From Mobula birostris (taxonomy: Eukaryota), in NCBI RefSeq assembly GCF_030028105.1, contig NC_092392.1, forward strand, positions 6,588,613 to 6,652,612: a DNA stretch of 64,000 nt, given 5' to 3'. The notes under the pieces were generated by a model, which had not been told where the DNA came from, ran no database searches, and saw only the letters and a program-made list of their open reading frames with translations. Positions 13,640-27,100 of the stretch are shown piece by piece (position 1 is the stretch's first letter; each line of letters starts with the position of its first letter). Made by a program: the position numbers and the translations under genes.

Positions 13640-15440
13640 CAGACTATTTTCTAAACAGGGTGAAAATCGAAAAATCTGAGCTGCAAAGGGTCTTGGGAGT
13701 CTTTGTACAGAACACCCGAAAGGTTAACTTGCAGGTTGAATCAGTGGTGAGGAAGGCAAATGCAATGTTAGCATTCATTTCAAGTGGTCTAGAATACAAG
13801 AGCAAGGATGTGATGTTGAGGCTTTATAAGGCATTGGTGAGGCCTCACATTGAGTATTGTGAACAGTTTTAGAAAAGATGTGCTGGCATTGGAGAGGGTT
13901 CAGAGGAGCTTCACAAGGATGCTTCCGGGAATGAAAGGGTTATCATGAAGAATGTTTGATGGCTTTGGGTCTGTACTTGCTGGAATTCAGAAGGATGAGG
14001 GGGATCTCATTGAAATCTTCCAAATGTTGAAAGGCCTAGACAGAGACAAGGATTTTTCCCATGGTGGGAGAATCTAGGACAAGAGGGCCTCAAGATAGAG
14101 GGGCACCCTTTCAAAACAGAGATGTGGAGAAATTCCTTTAGTAAAGGGTGGTGAATTTGTGGAGTTTGTTGCCATCTGCAGCTGTGGAGGCCAGCTCGTT
14201 GGGTGTATTTAAGGCAGAGATTGATAGGTTCTTGATTGGACATGGCATCAAAGGTTACGGAGAGAAGGCTGGAAACTGGGGTTGAGGAGGAGGAAAAAAA
14301 AAGGATCAGCCATGATTGAATGGTGGAGCAGAACTCAATGGGCCAAATGGCCTAATTCTGCTCCTACATCTTATGGTCTAATGACCAAAAATTGAAGAGA
14401 TCCAACAGAAGGAACCATGGTTGATAAGAGAGGTGAAACTGTTTGTCAAGAGAATCAAAATCAGTAGAAGTGTCGGAAATTTAATAAGAACATCAGGATC
14501 AAACACACTGGAGTATTATGGGATATACTCCAGGTTTACTATGGGAAGTGAGGGAAGAGACTGCAACAATGTTGGTGATGGTCTTTGTGGAGGGTCGCAA
14601 ATGTTGTTCCTTTGTTCAAGAAAGATGATAGAAATAATGCTGGGAATTGTAGACCAGCGAGTCTTACATCTGTGGTGGGCAAACTATTGGAGCGGATTCT
14701 TAAAGACAGGATTTTCGAGCATTTGGAGAAGCATAGACTAATGAGGGATTGTCAGCACAGTTTTGTCAAGGACAGGTCATGCCTTATGAGCCTGATTGGC
14801 TTTTTCTAGGAAGCGACAAAGCAAACTGAAGAAGGTAGAGCAGTGGATGTGGTGAGCATGGATTTTAGTAAGGCATTCAACAAGGTTCCCCATGGTAGAC
14901 TCATTCAGAAAGTCAGGAGGCATAGGACCCTAGGAAACTTAGCTGCGGGAATTCGGAACTGGCTTGCCCACAGAAGCAAGGAGTAGTAATAGATGGAGCA
15001 TATACTACCTGAAGGTCAGTGAAGAGTGGTGTTCTGCAGCGATCTGTTCTGGGACCCCTGCTCCTTGTGGTTTTTTATAAATAACTTAGATGAGGGAGTA
15101 GAAGGGTGGGTTGGTAGGTTGTTAGAGGACACCGAGGTTGGTGGGGTTGTGGATGGTGTCGAAGGCTGTTACAGGTGACAGGATGCAGAGCGAGGCTGAA
15201 AAGGGCTTTTCTCTTTGAGGCAAAGGAGGATGAGAGGTGACGATAGAGGTGTGTGAGATGACAAGAGGCAGAGATAGAATGTACAACCAAAGATTTTTTC
15301 CCAGGATGGAGATGGCCAATACAAGAGGGCATATTTTTAAGATTAATGGAGGAAAGTAAGGGGAGGGGGATGTCAGAGATAGGTTTCGTTTAATACTGAG
15401 AGCCGTGAATGTGCGGAACGCACTGCCAGGGATAGCGGCG
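13640..15440 (+). mobile_element. Cluster of decayed CR1 fragments
   Basis: 'LYKALVRPHIEYC', 'WRVANVVPLFKK..RPASLTSVVGK'. Confidence 0.8.
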
Positions 15441-15449
15441 GTTTTTTTT

Positions 15450-16075
15450 AAAATTTCAAAATATACTTTATTCAAAAATAAATATATACAATAAACCATT
15501 CAATACCTTTTCATCCTTTACATACGTTTCCATTATACTCAGTAAAATATCCGTGTTTATAGCCACCCACGTGGCACTCCAGTAGTTCAGCTTAGCATCT
15601 CATTGTTGAGGGGTATACTCCTCGCCCACCGACCCCTCCCACTCCCACGGGTGGAGAAACCTATACTGTGGTCCTTCCCCACCGGGCCCTTGCGGTGGCT
15701 GCACCAAGTTTCAGTGCGTCCCTCAGCACGTACTCCTGCAGCCGAGAATGTGCCGGTCGGCAGCATTCTCCCACGGACATCTCCATGTGCTGGTAGATCA
15801 CCAAGTTTCGGGCCGACCAAAGAGCGTCTTTCACCGAGTTGATGATCTGCCAGCAGCACCGGATGTTGGTCTCCGTGTGCGTCCCCGGGAACAGCCCGTA
15901 GATCAGAGAGTCCTCTGTCACGCAGGTGCTCGGGATGAAACGTGACACTAGCCCGTCCATCCTCCTCCACACCCTCTCTGTGAACTGGCAGTGTGCAAAG
16001 AGGTGGGTCACAGACTCCTCCTCACTGCAGTCCTCCCGTGGGCAGTGGGGTGCGGAGACGACATTCCGGGCGTAC
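15450..16075 (-). mobile_element. Tx1-type LINE 3' fragment nested in a CR1
   Basis: CPREDC..ESVTHLFAHC zinc knuckle, 'LIYGLFPGTHTETNIRCCWQIINSVKDALWSARN'; T-rich tail at ~15443-15480. Confidence 0.8.
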
Positions 16076-16279
16076 TACATTAGGTACACTTAAGAGATTC
16101 TTAGATGGACACGTGTAATAAAGAAAAATCTAGGGCTACGTGAGAGGGGAGGGTTACATTTATCTTGGAGTAGGTTAAAGGGTGGGCATGAAATTGTGGG
16201 CCGAAGGGACTGCACTTCGTGCTGGTAGCAGGCAGGGTGCGGGGTGTCCATTGGTCGATGTGTTCTGACATCGTAGAAC

Positions 16280-17030
16280 TATTTTGATAACGGGGTGTGA
16301 GGGAATAATGCAAAAATCAATTCGACTATTCGTAGTATGTCGGCGAAACGGAAGTAGAGAATTCTGGTCGCCACCACCCAGATGTGACACTCTCGTGACA
16401 ATGACACGTCTATCACAAGGCCGCCAGAAGGCGCAGTCGGGAGGGAACCCAGCAGCATTCCTGCCGCTTTTCAACGAAGGATTGTCGCCTAATGGGCTGG
16501 CTTTTCCAAAATGAACCGGAGAGGTCAAATTTAATCCGTGACCCTTTCGTCTGCTCGATCGGAATGGTTCGCCATGCCCCGTAGTTTTTCCAGTTAGTCC
16601 CACCCTGCCGTCCCTATCCATTAACGCTGCCGCTATTGTATTCACACACTTCATCATTCCTTTTTCCAGGGAAAAGCATGTTTCAACTCGATCTAACTTT
16701 ACATTGTTACATCCATGTTATTTCTTTCCAAGTAATCTATTGTCATCGTTTTAAAAACGAAATGTTACATATTGCGGTGCAGAGAAGGGAACAAGCTCAC
16801 CTGCTGTTTCACAAGCTCCCTGCCAGCTTCGACTTCTCACGTCCGGGGAGCAGCCTCCATTCCAACCCACAATGCACCACGCCAATAGGCTGGATAGGGG
16901 ACTTTCTGGTGACATCAACAGCTGACGACGGGACTTCAGCAGTAAATACGCTCCACTTCTGCCGCGGCTGGGAATTCCGGGGAATAATTGTACGATCGGC
17001 AACAGCCATGTTTGGAGCCAAATTTAATTC
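16280..17030. promoter_or_regulatory. CpG-island-like region, putative promoter/first exon
   Basis: CpG-rich against a CpG-poor background with no recognisable repeat; contains cggaagt (ETS-like), ccaat, aaacatggc (YY1-like, minus strand) and a minus-strand donor CAG|gtgagc near 16801. Confidence 0.55.
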
Positions 17031-17419
17031 ACCCGTTTAATTTCATGATCAACATAATGTACTTTCCTTCCGACAGAATTTATAAACGAGTCTTTACCTT
17101 GTAATAAAGGAAAATGCTGCAAACGCTCGGCAAGTCAGGCAACAACTGAGGAAAGTGAAAGAGATAACGTCCTAGATCTTATATCATTTATCTCTTTTCA
17201 CGGGAAGGTCTCAGACCTGAAGTATTAACCCTGTTTCACTTTCTAACGATGCTACCCGACCTTCAGAGAATTTCCACATCCATTTTAGTTAATACTTGGC
17301 ATTTTTACTTACCTTTGGAAGCCCTTAAAGAATGTTTCTCACTTAACTGTTCTTGCACTCTTCTTTCCTTTTTGCATCAGTCTACACTGTGGAAGAGAAG
17401 ACACTTGCAATATGCTGGA

Positions 17420-18520
17420 GGTTTGAGTGCCAGGGAACATGCAATGTGTGAAGTTACCATAACTAGAAACTGAAAGGTCTGAAGGTAGATAAGTCACCTG
17501 GACCAGATGGTGAACACCCCAGAGTTCTGAAAGAGGTGGCTGAAGAGATTGCAGAAGCATTAGTAATGATCTTTCAAGATTCACTAGATTCCAGAATGGT
17601 TCAGAAGACAGGAAAATTGCAAATGACATTCCACTCTTCGAGAAGAGAGAGAGGCAGAAGAAAGGAAACTATAGGCCAGTTAGTCTGACCTCAGTGGCTG
17701 GGAAAAAGTTGGAGTTGATTGTTAAGTATGTGGTTTTGGGGTACTTGAAGGCATATGATAAAACAGGCAAAAGTCAGCATGGTTTGTTTAAGGGAAAATC
17801 TTGCCTAACAAATCTTAGAATTCTTTGAGGAAATAACAAACAGGATAGACAAGGAAGAATCGGTGGACAGCGTGTACTTGGATTTTGAGAAGGTCTTTGA
17901 CAAGCTGCTGTATATGAGACTGCTTAAAAAGATGGTATTATGGCTCATGGTATTACAGGAATGATACTGGCATGGACAGAGCATTGGCTGATTGGCAGAA
18001 TGCAAGGAGTAGGAATAAAGGGGGCTGCCTTGAACTACTGGTGATCAACAGGGATCAATGTTGGGACTTCTTTTTACGTTGTATGTTCATGATTTCAATG
18101 ATGGAATTGATGACTTTGTGGCCAAATTTGCACTCCATATAAAGATAGGTGGAGGGGCAGGAGGCTGCAGAAAGACTTGGATAGAGTAGGAGAATGGTCA
18201 ACGAAGTGGCAGGTGGAATATAGTGTCAGTAAGTGTACGACCATGCACTTTGATAGAAAGAATAAAAATTATAGATTATTTTTGAAATGGGGACAAAATT
18301 CAAAATCCAATGAATAGTCTGACTGGAACTGCTTCATTATTGGGCAAGTGTGGTTATCCTGGAGAGGCTGCAGAGGAAATTCACCAGGATGTTTTCTGGC
18401 TTACAGAAGTTTGGTTATAATACACGATTGGATTTGTTTCCTCTGGGAAAGCATAGACTGAAAGGGGAATCTGATAGAGAAATGTAAAACTGAGTAAGTA
18501 GATATGGTAGACAGTAAGAA
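17420..18520 (+). mobile_element. Decayed CR1 RT fragment
   Basis: gataagtcacctggaccagatgg; aggccagttagtctgacctcagtg; multiple stops. Confidence 0.75.
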
Positions 18521-18729
18521 TATTTTCCTGCAGTGGGTGTAACTAAGAGATGAGATGCAGGTTGAACATAGAACAGTATATTACAGGAACAAAGTCCTTC
18601 AGCCCGTGACATTGTGCTGATCTACTTAAGCTAATGAAACCTAATTAATCCATTCTGCCTGCACATACTCAAAATTCCTTCAATCTCTGCATATACAAGG
18701 AAAATAACAATTCTACACCAACATTTAAT

Positions 18730-19445
18730 ATTCCCCCTTTGATTCCAAATCACACACTTAGAATCATTACATCTTAAAATTCTGAAGCTGAAAGAAAATG
18801 CAGTACCTGAATTAAGTATAAAATAACCAAAAAATCACCTGGTGTGAAAATGTTAAAGGATATTTATGGAATTACGTCATTGTCAGGTGGATTGCCCGGA
18901 TGAGTTGGTACACTTACCTGAGTTTGAGCAGCCCTGTTAAACTGTAAATGAAGATAAGGTGTATCAGGGCAAATATTATCACCTGTAATCTCATCCTAGA
19001 TTTAACTGGATGCAGTGAAAGGAATCCCTTCCATCAGATTGACATATCGTAGCTGCTTCTTTATGGATACAATCAGCCAAATCAATTATGTCTTCAGACT
19101 CGTCAGGTATGTGATTGCAACACTCTTTGCCTGTAACAACACATTCCCCCTTTAACTGCTGAGAAGATCTCCTTTGCATCTGATTTTTGGAGAACCATCT
19201 ATGCATTGCAACTATTTCTGTTGTTACATTCTGGAAGGCACCGGCAGCATCTTTGCTGACTCCACAACTGCATCCAAGGTCTATACAGTTAATAAAGATG
19301 TCTTCATGCAGTTGAACAATCTATTGCTGCTGAAAACTGATAGAAATAGTGCTATGGCCATACTATCCTTGCAAAGAGGCCTTGTTGGCAACGAGGCTCC
19401 TGTTCAGGGTCACTGGTGCATTAAAAGAAAATGAGATTTTCAATT
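18730..19445 (-). mobile_element. Endogenous retrovirus env (TM subunit) remnant with polypurine tract
   Basis: AFQNVTTEIVAM..QM then CVVTGKECCNHIPDESEDI (CX6CC at 19117-19143), membrane anchor MRLQVIIFALIHLIFIYSLTGLLKLR*, then aaaggggga PPT at ~18732-18740; frameshifted. Confidence 0.75.
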
Positions 19446-19509
19446 CCCAATACTGACTATCTTATAAAATGGCGGAGCAGACTCGATGGGCCGAATGGCC
19501 GACTTCTGC

Positions 19510-22210
19510 TGTTTTGTCTTATGGTCTTATCTTGCTGGCAAATGTAGAGTCTCTGGTAAATAAAACTGAAGATCTCAGAGCTGGGGGGCTGTATCAGAGG
19601 GACAGTAGGATCCTTTGTTTTACGGGATCCTGGTTAACCCCTTCCATACCTGACACAGTGATTCAGATTGATGGGTTCACTACACCATCAGGATAGGGCT
19701 GGTGAATCTCTCAAAAAGCAGAGGTGTAGGCGTGTCTCATGATCAACTCCTCTTGGTGCATAAATGTATCAATGTTGTCCCAATTCTGCTCAACAGACTT
19801 GCAATATCTCATGGGAGATTTCTGCGATCATTTTGGTAGTGGTGTACGTTCCACCTCAGGCCAATGTCAGACAGACTCCAGATGATCTGAGCAAAGTGAC
19901 CAACAGGAACAAAACAGCAGACCTTGATGCCTTTACCATCATTTTGGGGGATTTTAACCAGGTCAGGTTGAAAAACTCACTAAATTATTACCATCAACAA
20001 ATCACCAAAGGAAACAACACACTGGGCCACAATTACACCAAGATCACGAGTGCTTACTGTGATATTCCATGCCCACACTAGAAAGTCTGATCACCTGGCT
20101 GTACTTCTACTCCGAGTACAGGCAGAGACTGAAGACTGCAGCACCAGTAGTGAGGACCAAGAAGGTGTGGACAAGGGAAGCACAGGAGCGCTTTGAATTG
20201 GTGGTCTGGGCTGTATTCAGGGATTCATCTTCAAATCCGGGTGAGTATGCTGCAGCTACCAATTTCATTAAAACCTGTGTGGATGAATGTGTGCCTGTGA
20301 AAACCTGCTGTACATTCCCAAACCAAAAGCCACGGATGAACCAGGAGGTACGTTGTGTGCTGAGGGCTAGATCTGTGGCATTCAAGTCTGGTGAACCAGG
20401 TCTGTAGAAGAAAAGCAGGTATGAATTGTGGAGAGCTATTTCAAGAGCTAAGAAACAACTCTGAGCGAGACTGCAGGCGACATTGGATACACATCAACCC
20501 TGGCAGTGTTTGTAGGACATCACTTCCTAGAAAGTGAAACCCAATAGCATGAATAGCAGTGATGCCTCTCTACGAGATGAGCTCAATGTCTTCTATGCCT
20601 GCTTTGAAAGGGAGAACACAACTACAGCTGTGAAGATCCCTGCTGCACCTGGTGACCCTGTGATCTCTGTCTTAGAGGTCGTTGTTAGGCTGTTTTTTCA
20701 GAGGGTGAACCCTTGCAAGGCATCAGGCCCCAATGCATAACCTGGTAAGGCTTTGAAAACTTGTGCCAACCAACTGGTGGGAGTATTCAGAGACATTTTC
20801 AATCTCTCACTGTTACAGTGGTTAGTTCTCACCTGCTTCGAAAGGCAACGATTATACCAGTGCCCAAGAAGAGTAGTGTGAGCTGCCTTAATGACTATCA
20901 TCCAGTAAACTCATTATCTACAGTGAAGAAATGCTTTGAGAGGTTGATCATGACTAGACTGAACTCCTGCCTCAGCAAGGATCTGGACCCACTGCAATTT
21001 GCCTATCGCCACAATAGGTCTACAGCAGACGCAATCTCAATGGCTCTTCATGTGGCCTTAGATCACCTGGACAATGCAAACACCTATGACGGGTCAGAAT
21101 TTAACACTATCATTCGAACAGTCCTGATCAAAATCCACAGAACCTGGGCCTCTGTACCTCCCACTGCAATTGGATCCTTGACTTCCTAACTGGAAGACCA
21201 TAATCTGGGCGGATTGGTGACAACATCTCCTCGCTGACGAACGACACTGGTACACCTCAGTGGTGTGTGCTTAGCCAACTGCTCTACTGTCTCTATACCC
21301 ATGACTATGTGGCTAGGCACAGTTCAAATGCCATATATAAATTTGTTGATGACATGACCATTGTTGGCAGATTCTCAGATGGAGACGAGAGGGCATACAG
21401 GAGCAAGATATACCAGCTAGCTGAGTGGTGTTGCAGCAACAACCTGGCACTCAATGTCAGTAAGTCCAAAGAGCTGATACTGGACTTCAGGAAGGGTAAG
21501 TCGAGGGAACACGAACCAATCCTCATAGAGGGATCAGAAATGGAGAGAGTGAGCAGTTTCAAGTTCCTGGGTGTCAAAATCTTTGAGGATCTAGTCTGGG
21601 TCCAACATATTGATATAGTTATTTGGAAGGCAAGGCACCTAAAATACTTGAAAACTTCTACAGTTGTTCTGTCTGGTATGGGGGTGGGGCAGGGGGAGAT
21701 CTACTTCAGCAGGATCAAAAGAGGCTACAGGTAGTTGTAAAATTAGTCAGCTCCATCTTGGGTACTAGCCTTTGTAGTTTCAAAGACATCTTCAGGGGTC
21801 AGTGCCTCAGAAAGGCAGTATCCATTATTAAGGACCCCCATCACACAGAACATGTCCTCTTCTCATTGTTACCAGCAGGAAGGAGATACAGAAGCCTGAA
21901 GGGACACACCCAGTGATTCAGGAACAGCTTCTTCCTCTCTGCCGTACAATTCGTAAATGGACATTGAACTCATGAACACTACCTCACCTTTTTCTATATA
22001 TTATTGCTGTTTTTGCACTATTTTAAATTTAACTATTTAATATACATATGTATATTAAATAGTTAAATTACACACTTACCGTACTGTTATACACTTACTG
22101 TAATTGATTGATTTATTTGTTTCTATATTAAGTATTGCATTGTACTGCTGCCACTAAGTTGACAAATTTCATGACATATGCTGGTGATATTGAACCTGAT
22201 TCTGATTCTT
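19510..22210 (+). mobile_element. Rex1/Babar-type non-LTR retrotransposon, decayed
   Basis: EN 'ILLANVESLVNK..ILCFT.SWL'; RT 'IIPVPKK..LNDY.PV..CFERL..LQFAYRHNRST.DAI', 'YKFVDD'; ctgatt tail. Confidence 0.85.
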
Positions 22211-23459
22211 TCTAAAACTGCAGCAATATTTTTAATTCAGTATTATTGGTAAGACCGTAGGACACAGGAGCAGAATTAGGCCATTCAGCCCATCGAGTCT
22301 GCTCCACCATTCCATCATGGCTGATCTCGGATCCCACTCAACCAAACACACTGCCTTCTCACCATCTTTTGATGCCCTGACCAATCAAGAAACTATCAAC
22401 ATCTGCTTTAAACTTGACCTCCACCACAGTCTGTGCCAGAGCATTCTACAGATTCATTACTCCCTGGCTAAAAAAATGTCTCCTTACTTCTGTTCTAAAA
22501 GGTCACCCCTCAATTTTGATGCTGTGCCCTCTAGTTCTGGATACCCCCACCATAGAAAACACCCTCTCCACATCCACGCTATCTAGTCCTTTCAACGTTC
22601 AGTAGGTTTCAATGAGATCCCCCCTCCTGCATTCTTCTCAATTCCAGTGAATACAGGCCTAAAGCTGCCAAACACTCCTCATATGTTAACACCTTCAATG
22701 TCCTTGTGAACATCCCCTGGACTCTCTCCCATGACAACACATCCTTTCTGAGATTTGGGGCCCAAAACTGGTAGATATACAAGAATGAACAACAGCAGAA
22801 TAAACCTGTTTCTGAGCGATTGGTCATACAATCTTGCTGATGCAGTTAGGGTTTCAGTACCGTGTCCGTGTCATTAGTCTCTCCACTCCAGTGGTCCACA
22901 GGTTCCTGAGAATCGTTCATAACTCAAACCATTTGTAAGTCATAAACAGTGTGTGGGGGAGGCTCACAGAGGCAGCTGTGCTGGGGGAGCAAACAGGAGG
23001 GGGGAGACTGGTCATCAGCCGGCCTCACGTAGCTCTGCTGGCCTCAGCTTTGCTGTCTGTTGTGGCTGCAGAGTGAGAGCGGGGAGGGGAGATACATGGG
23101 ATTGCACACTTCCATCCAGCAGTACATGGTCTGTCGGTCCGACAACCGGCTGGACATTCTAGCCCAGTCAGCAAACATCCCAGGCCTGCGTCACTATCCT
23201 TCGAACACGGAGCAAAGGCATTCAACTTCGGCCCATTCTCTAATTCCTGAAAATCCCCCACATCCCTGTCTCAAAAATCCAAGCCTGAAACGCAGACTCA
23301 CCCTGTTATGTTTTGTAACTTCAAAACATAAAACTAATTCAAAGGAAAACACAGGAGTCCAAAATGTGCATCTAACTTCATGTTTACTTAAAACAAGGCG
23401 TGAACATATGTCACGAGAATTTTTAAAAATCGAGCTCAATCCAGAATGCTGCTTGGTTT

Positions 23460-23880
23460 GGAGAGTATGCATTATGATCAGAGATTAAGGGAGCTAGGGC
23501 TTTACTCTTTGGAGAGAAGGAGGATGAGAGGAGACATGATAGAGGTATACAAGATATTAAGAGGAATAGATAGAGTGGATAGCCAGCGCCTCTTCCCCAG
23601 GGCACCACTGCTCAATACAACAGGACATGGCTTTAAGGTAAGGGGTGGGAAGTTCAAGGGGGATATTAGAGGAAGGTTTTTTACTCAGAGAGTGGTTGGT
23701 GCGTGGAATACACTGCCTGAGTCAGTGGTGGAGGCAGATACACTAGTGAAATTTAAGAGACTACTGGACAGGTATATGGAGGAATTTAAGTTGGGGGCTT
23801 ATATGGGAGGCAGGGTTTGAGGGTCAGCACAACGTTGTGGGCCAAAGGACCTGTACTGTGCTGTACTATTCTATGTTCTA
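23460..23880 (+). mobile_element. Young CR1 3' end
   Basis: Same subfamily as 1890-2290. Confidence 0.9.
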
Positions 23881-24194
23881 TGTAACTCTGTGTGTCTTCA
23901 CAACACACTCAAAATGCTGGAGGAATTTTTGCCAAGCATCATCTACGGAAAAAAGTACAGTCACATTTCCAGCTGAAACCCTTCTGCAGGACTGGAGAAA
24001 AGAAGCTGAGGAGTTGATTTAAAAGGCCTGAAGAATTTTGGCTTCCTGCAGACGAGAGAAGAATAGAAGTAAAGGATGCAAAATACACAGACCAACAAAA
24101 AAACCCAAAACTGAGCCGTGTTCAAGAGCTCACAGCTTGGCATCATCTTGAACAGTAAATTAAAACACCAGTTGATGATCAATGAGTGTCAGGT

Positions 24195-27100
24195 GTTACG
24201 TAACTGGCAACAATGTATATTAATCGAGACAGGCTTTATGAAAACAACCAAACATTTATTAAACACATATAAGCGATAAGGGGAAAAAAAACAAAGGAAA
24301 ACTTTAACCGAAGGTTAAACAGCTACGCAGCCGTTCATCAACTCCACTCGGCTCTGGTTCTTAAAGCGTTAAATGCGAAAACAGTTCTTAAAGCAATACA
24401 GTCAGATATAGTTCTTAAAGTGATAACTTCGAAAGTCCAACAGTTTTACACATTCAATTGGGAGAGACTTCTCTGGAGAAAGATTTCTTCACCGACACAC
24501 CTTTACTGCTGGTTCCGTCCACAGGATTCCCGATGCCGAAAATAAACAGTTCAAATCTTTCTTTTTAAATCTTTTTATTGAATTAGTACACAAAAGGTAA
24601 ACCATGTAGAAACTAATACACTGTTGCGATATAAATTTACAAGAGATATTAATACACACAAAAAATTAGTACTAACAGTACAGTTTAGATGTAAAATAAC
24701 GACTTAATATAATACTATATTAATTTTCCATACATATCAATAAAAAGAAAAAAACCCAAAAAAAAGACCCCCCCAAAAAAACCCCACCGTGCAACTAATC
24801 TAAAAAGCAAAGCAAAGCAATGGGCTAACTAGGTATCAAGTGGACTTAAACAACTTAAAACAATCACGTCCTCAAATCCGACCTTCCATTAAAAACAGTT
24901 AAAAAGCAAGAAGGGAATGTAAATATGGGCAAAGAGAAAAAAACAATTACATTAAATGAAAATGTTGAATAAAAGATCTCCAGGTCTGTTCAAATTTAAC
25001 TGAAGTACCATAAAGATTACTTCTGATTTTCTCCAAATTTAAACATAATATCATCTGAGAAAACCAAAAAAAACATAGTTGGGGTATTAATCTCCTTCCA
25101 ATGTTGTAAAATACATCTTTTCGCCATTAAAGTAAGAAATGCAATCATTCTACGGGCTGAAGGGGAAAGATTACTGGAAATTTTAGGTAATCCAAAGATA
25201 GCAGTAACAGGATGGGGAGAAATATCTGTATTCAATACCTTTGAGATAATATTAAAAATGTCTTTCCAAAAAGTTTCCAAAGTAGGACAGGACCAAAACA
25301 TATGAGTTTTAAGGAAGCTATCTCCCCATGACATCTGTCACAAAGAGGGTTAATATGAGAATAAAAAAGAGCTAATTTATCTTTAGACATATGTGCTCTA
25401 TGAACAACTTTAAATTGAATTTGGGAATGTTTGGAACAGATAGAGGAAGTATTGACTAGTCGTAAAATATGCCCCCAGTCATCTGCCAAGATAGTAAAGC
25501 CCAATTCCTTTTCCCAATCTGACCTAATCTTATGGAATGGAGCTTTCCTAAGTTTCATGATAGTATTATAAATAATAGCCATTACACCTTTTTGACATGG
25601 GTTACAGTTAATTATAGTATCTAAAATATATGTAGGGGGTAATGTCGGAAAGGAAGAAAGTATGGTACTTAGGAAATTTCTAACTTGGAGATATCTAAAA
25701 AAGTGTATTCTTGGTAAGTTACATTTGTTAGATAATTGTTCAAAAGACATAAGGGAGCCATCTAAAAATAAATCCAAAAACCGTGATATACCCTTAGTCT
25801 TCCAAATTTGAAGGGCATGGTCTGTAGTGGAGGGGGGAAAGAATATGTTGCCTAAAATAGGAATTGCAAGCCTAAATTGATTAAGATCGAAAAATTTTCG
25901 GAATTGAAACCAAATACGTAAGGTATGTTTAACTATCGGGTTAGAAACCTGTTATGGCGTTTCAAGAAAGGAAGAGAAGAACCTAAAATGGAGCCAAGTG
26001 CATAACTTTGAGCAGATTGTAATTCCAATACTACCCATTTAGGAATGGATACTGTATCTTGGTCAAGTAACCAAAATTTCATGTGTCAAATATTAATTGC
26101 CCAATAATAGAATCTAAAGTTAGGTAATGCCAAACCTCCATCTCTCTTAGCTTCCTGTAGATGTATTCTACCCAGTCTTGGGTTTTTATTTTGCCAAATA
26201 AATGAAGAAATTTTAGAGTCAACTTTGTCAAAAAAGGATTTTGGAACAAAAATCGGTAATGCCTGAAATACATATAAAAATTTTGGCAGAATAGACATCT
26301 TAACAGCATTAATACGACCAATCAAAGTTAAATAAAGTGGAGACCATTTAAGTGGAAGTTGTGTAATGTGATCAATTAAGGGTTGGAAATTAGTCTTAAA
26401 TAAATCCTTATGTTTACAGGTAATTTTAATCCCAAGATATGAAAAATGATTATTAACCAATTTAAACGGGAGATTCTGATATAAGGGAACTTGCTTATTA
26501 ATCGGGAAAAGTTCACCCTTACTGAGATTTAACTTATAACCTGAAAAAAGACTAAATTGTGCTAATAAATCTAAAGCTGCAGGAATAGATTTTTGAGGAT
26601 TAGAAATATATAAAAGTAAATCATCAGCATAAAGTGATACTTTATGAGACTTTAAACAACGAGTTATACCAGTAATATTTGGAGATTCTCGAATCGCAAT
26701 TGCAAGAGGTTCTAATGCAATATCAAATAATAAAGGACTAAGAGGACAACCTTGTCTGGTACCTCGAAGAAGAGGAGAAAAAGAGGAAAAGAGGAAATTT
26801 AAAGAGTTAGTATGAACTGAGGCCACAGGAGAATGATATAACTATCTGATCCAGGATATAAATTTCGGGCTGAAGTTAAACATTTCAAGCACCTTAAATA
26901 AGTAAGGCCATTCGACCCTATGGAAGGCTTTTTCAGCATCTAGGGAAATGACGCATTCAGGATCATTTTGTGACAGGGTATAGACAATGTTTAACAGTGT
27001 ACGAATATTATAAAAAGAGTAACGACTTTTAATAAAACCTATTTGGTCTTCCGAGATAATATAAGGAAGTGCCTTTTCTAATCTGTTTGCTAATAATTTA

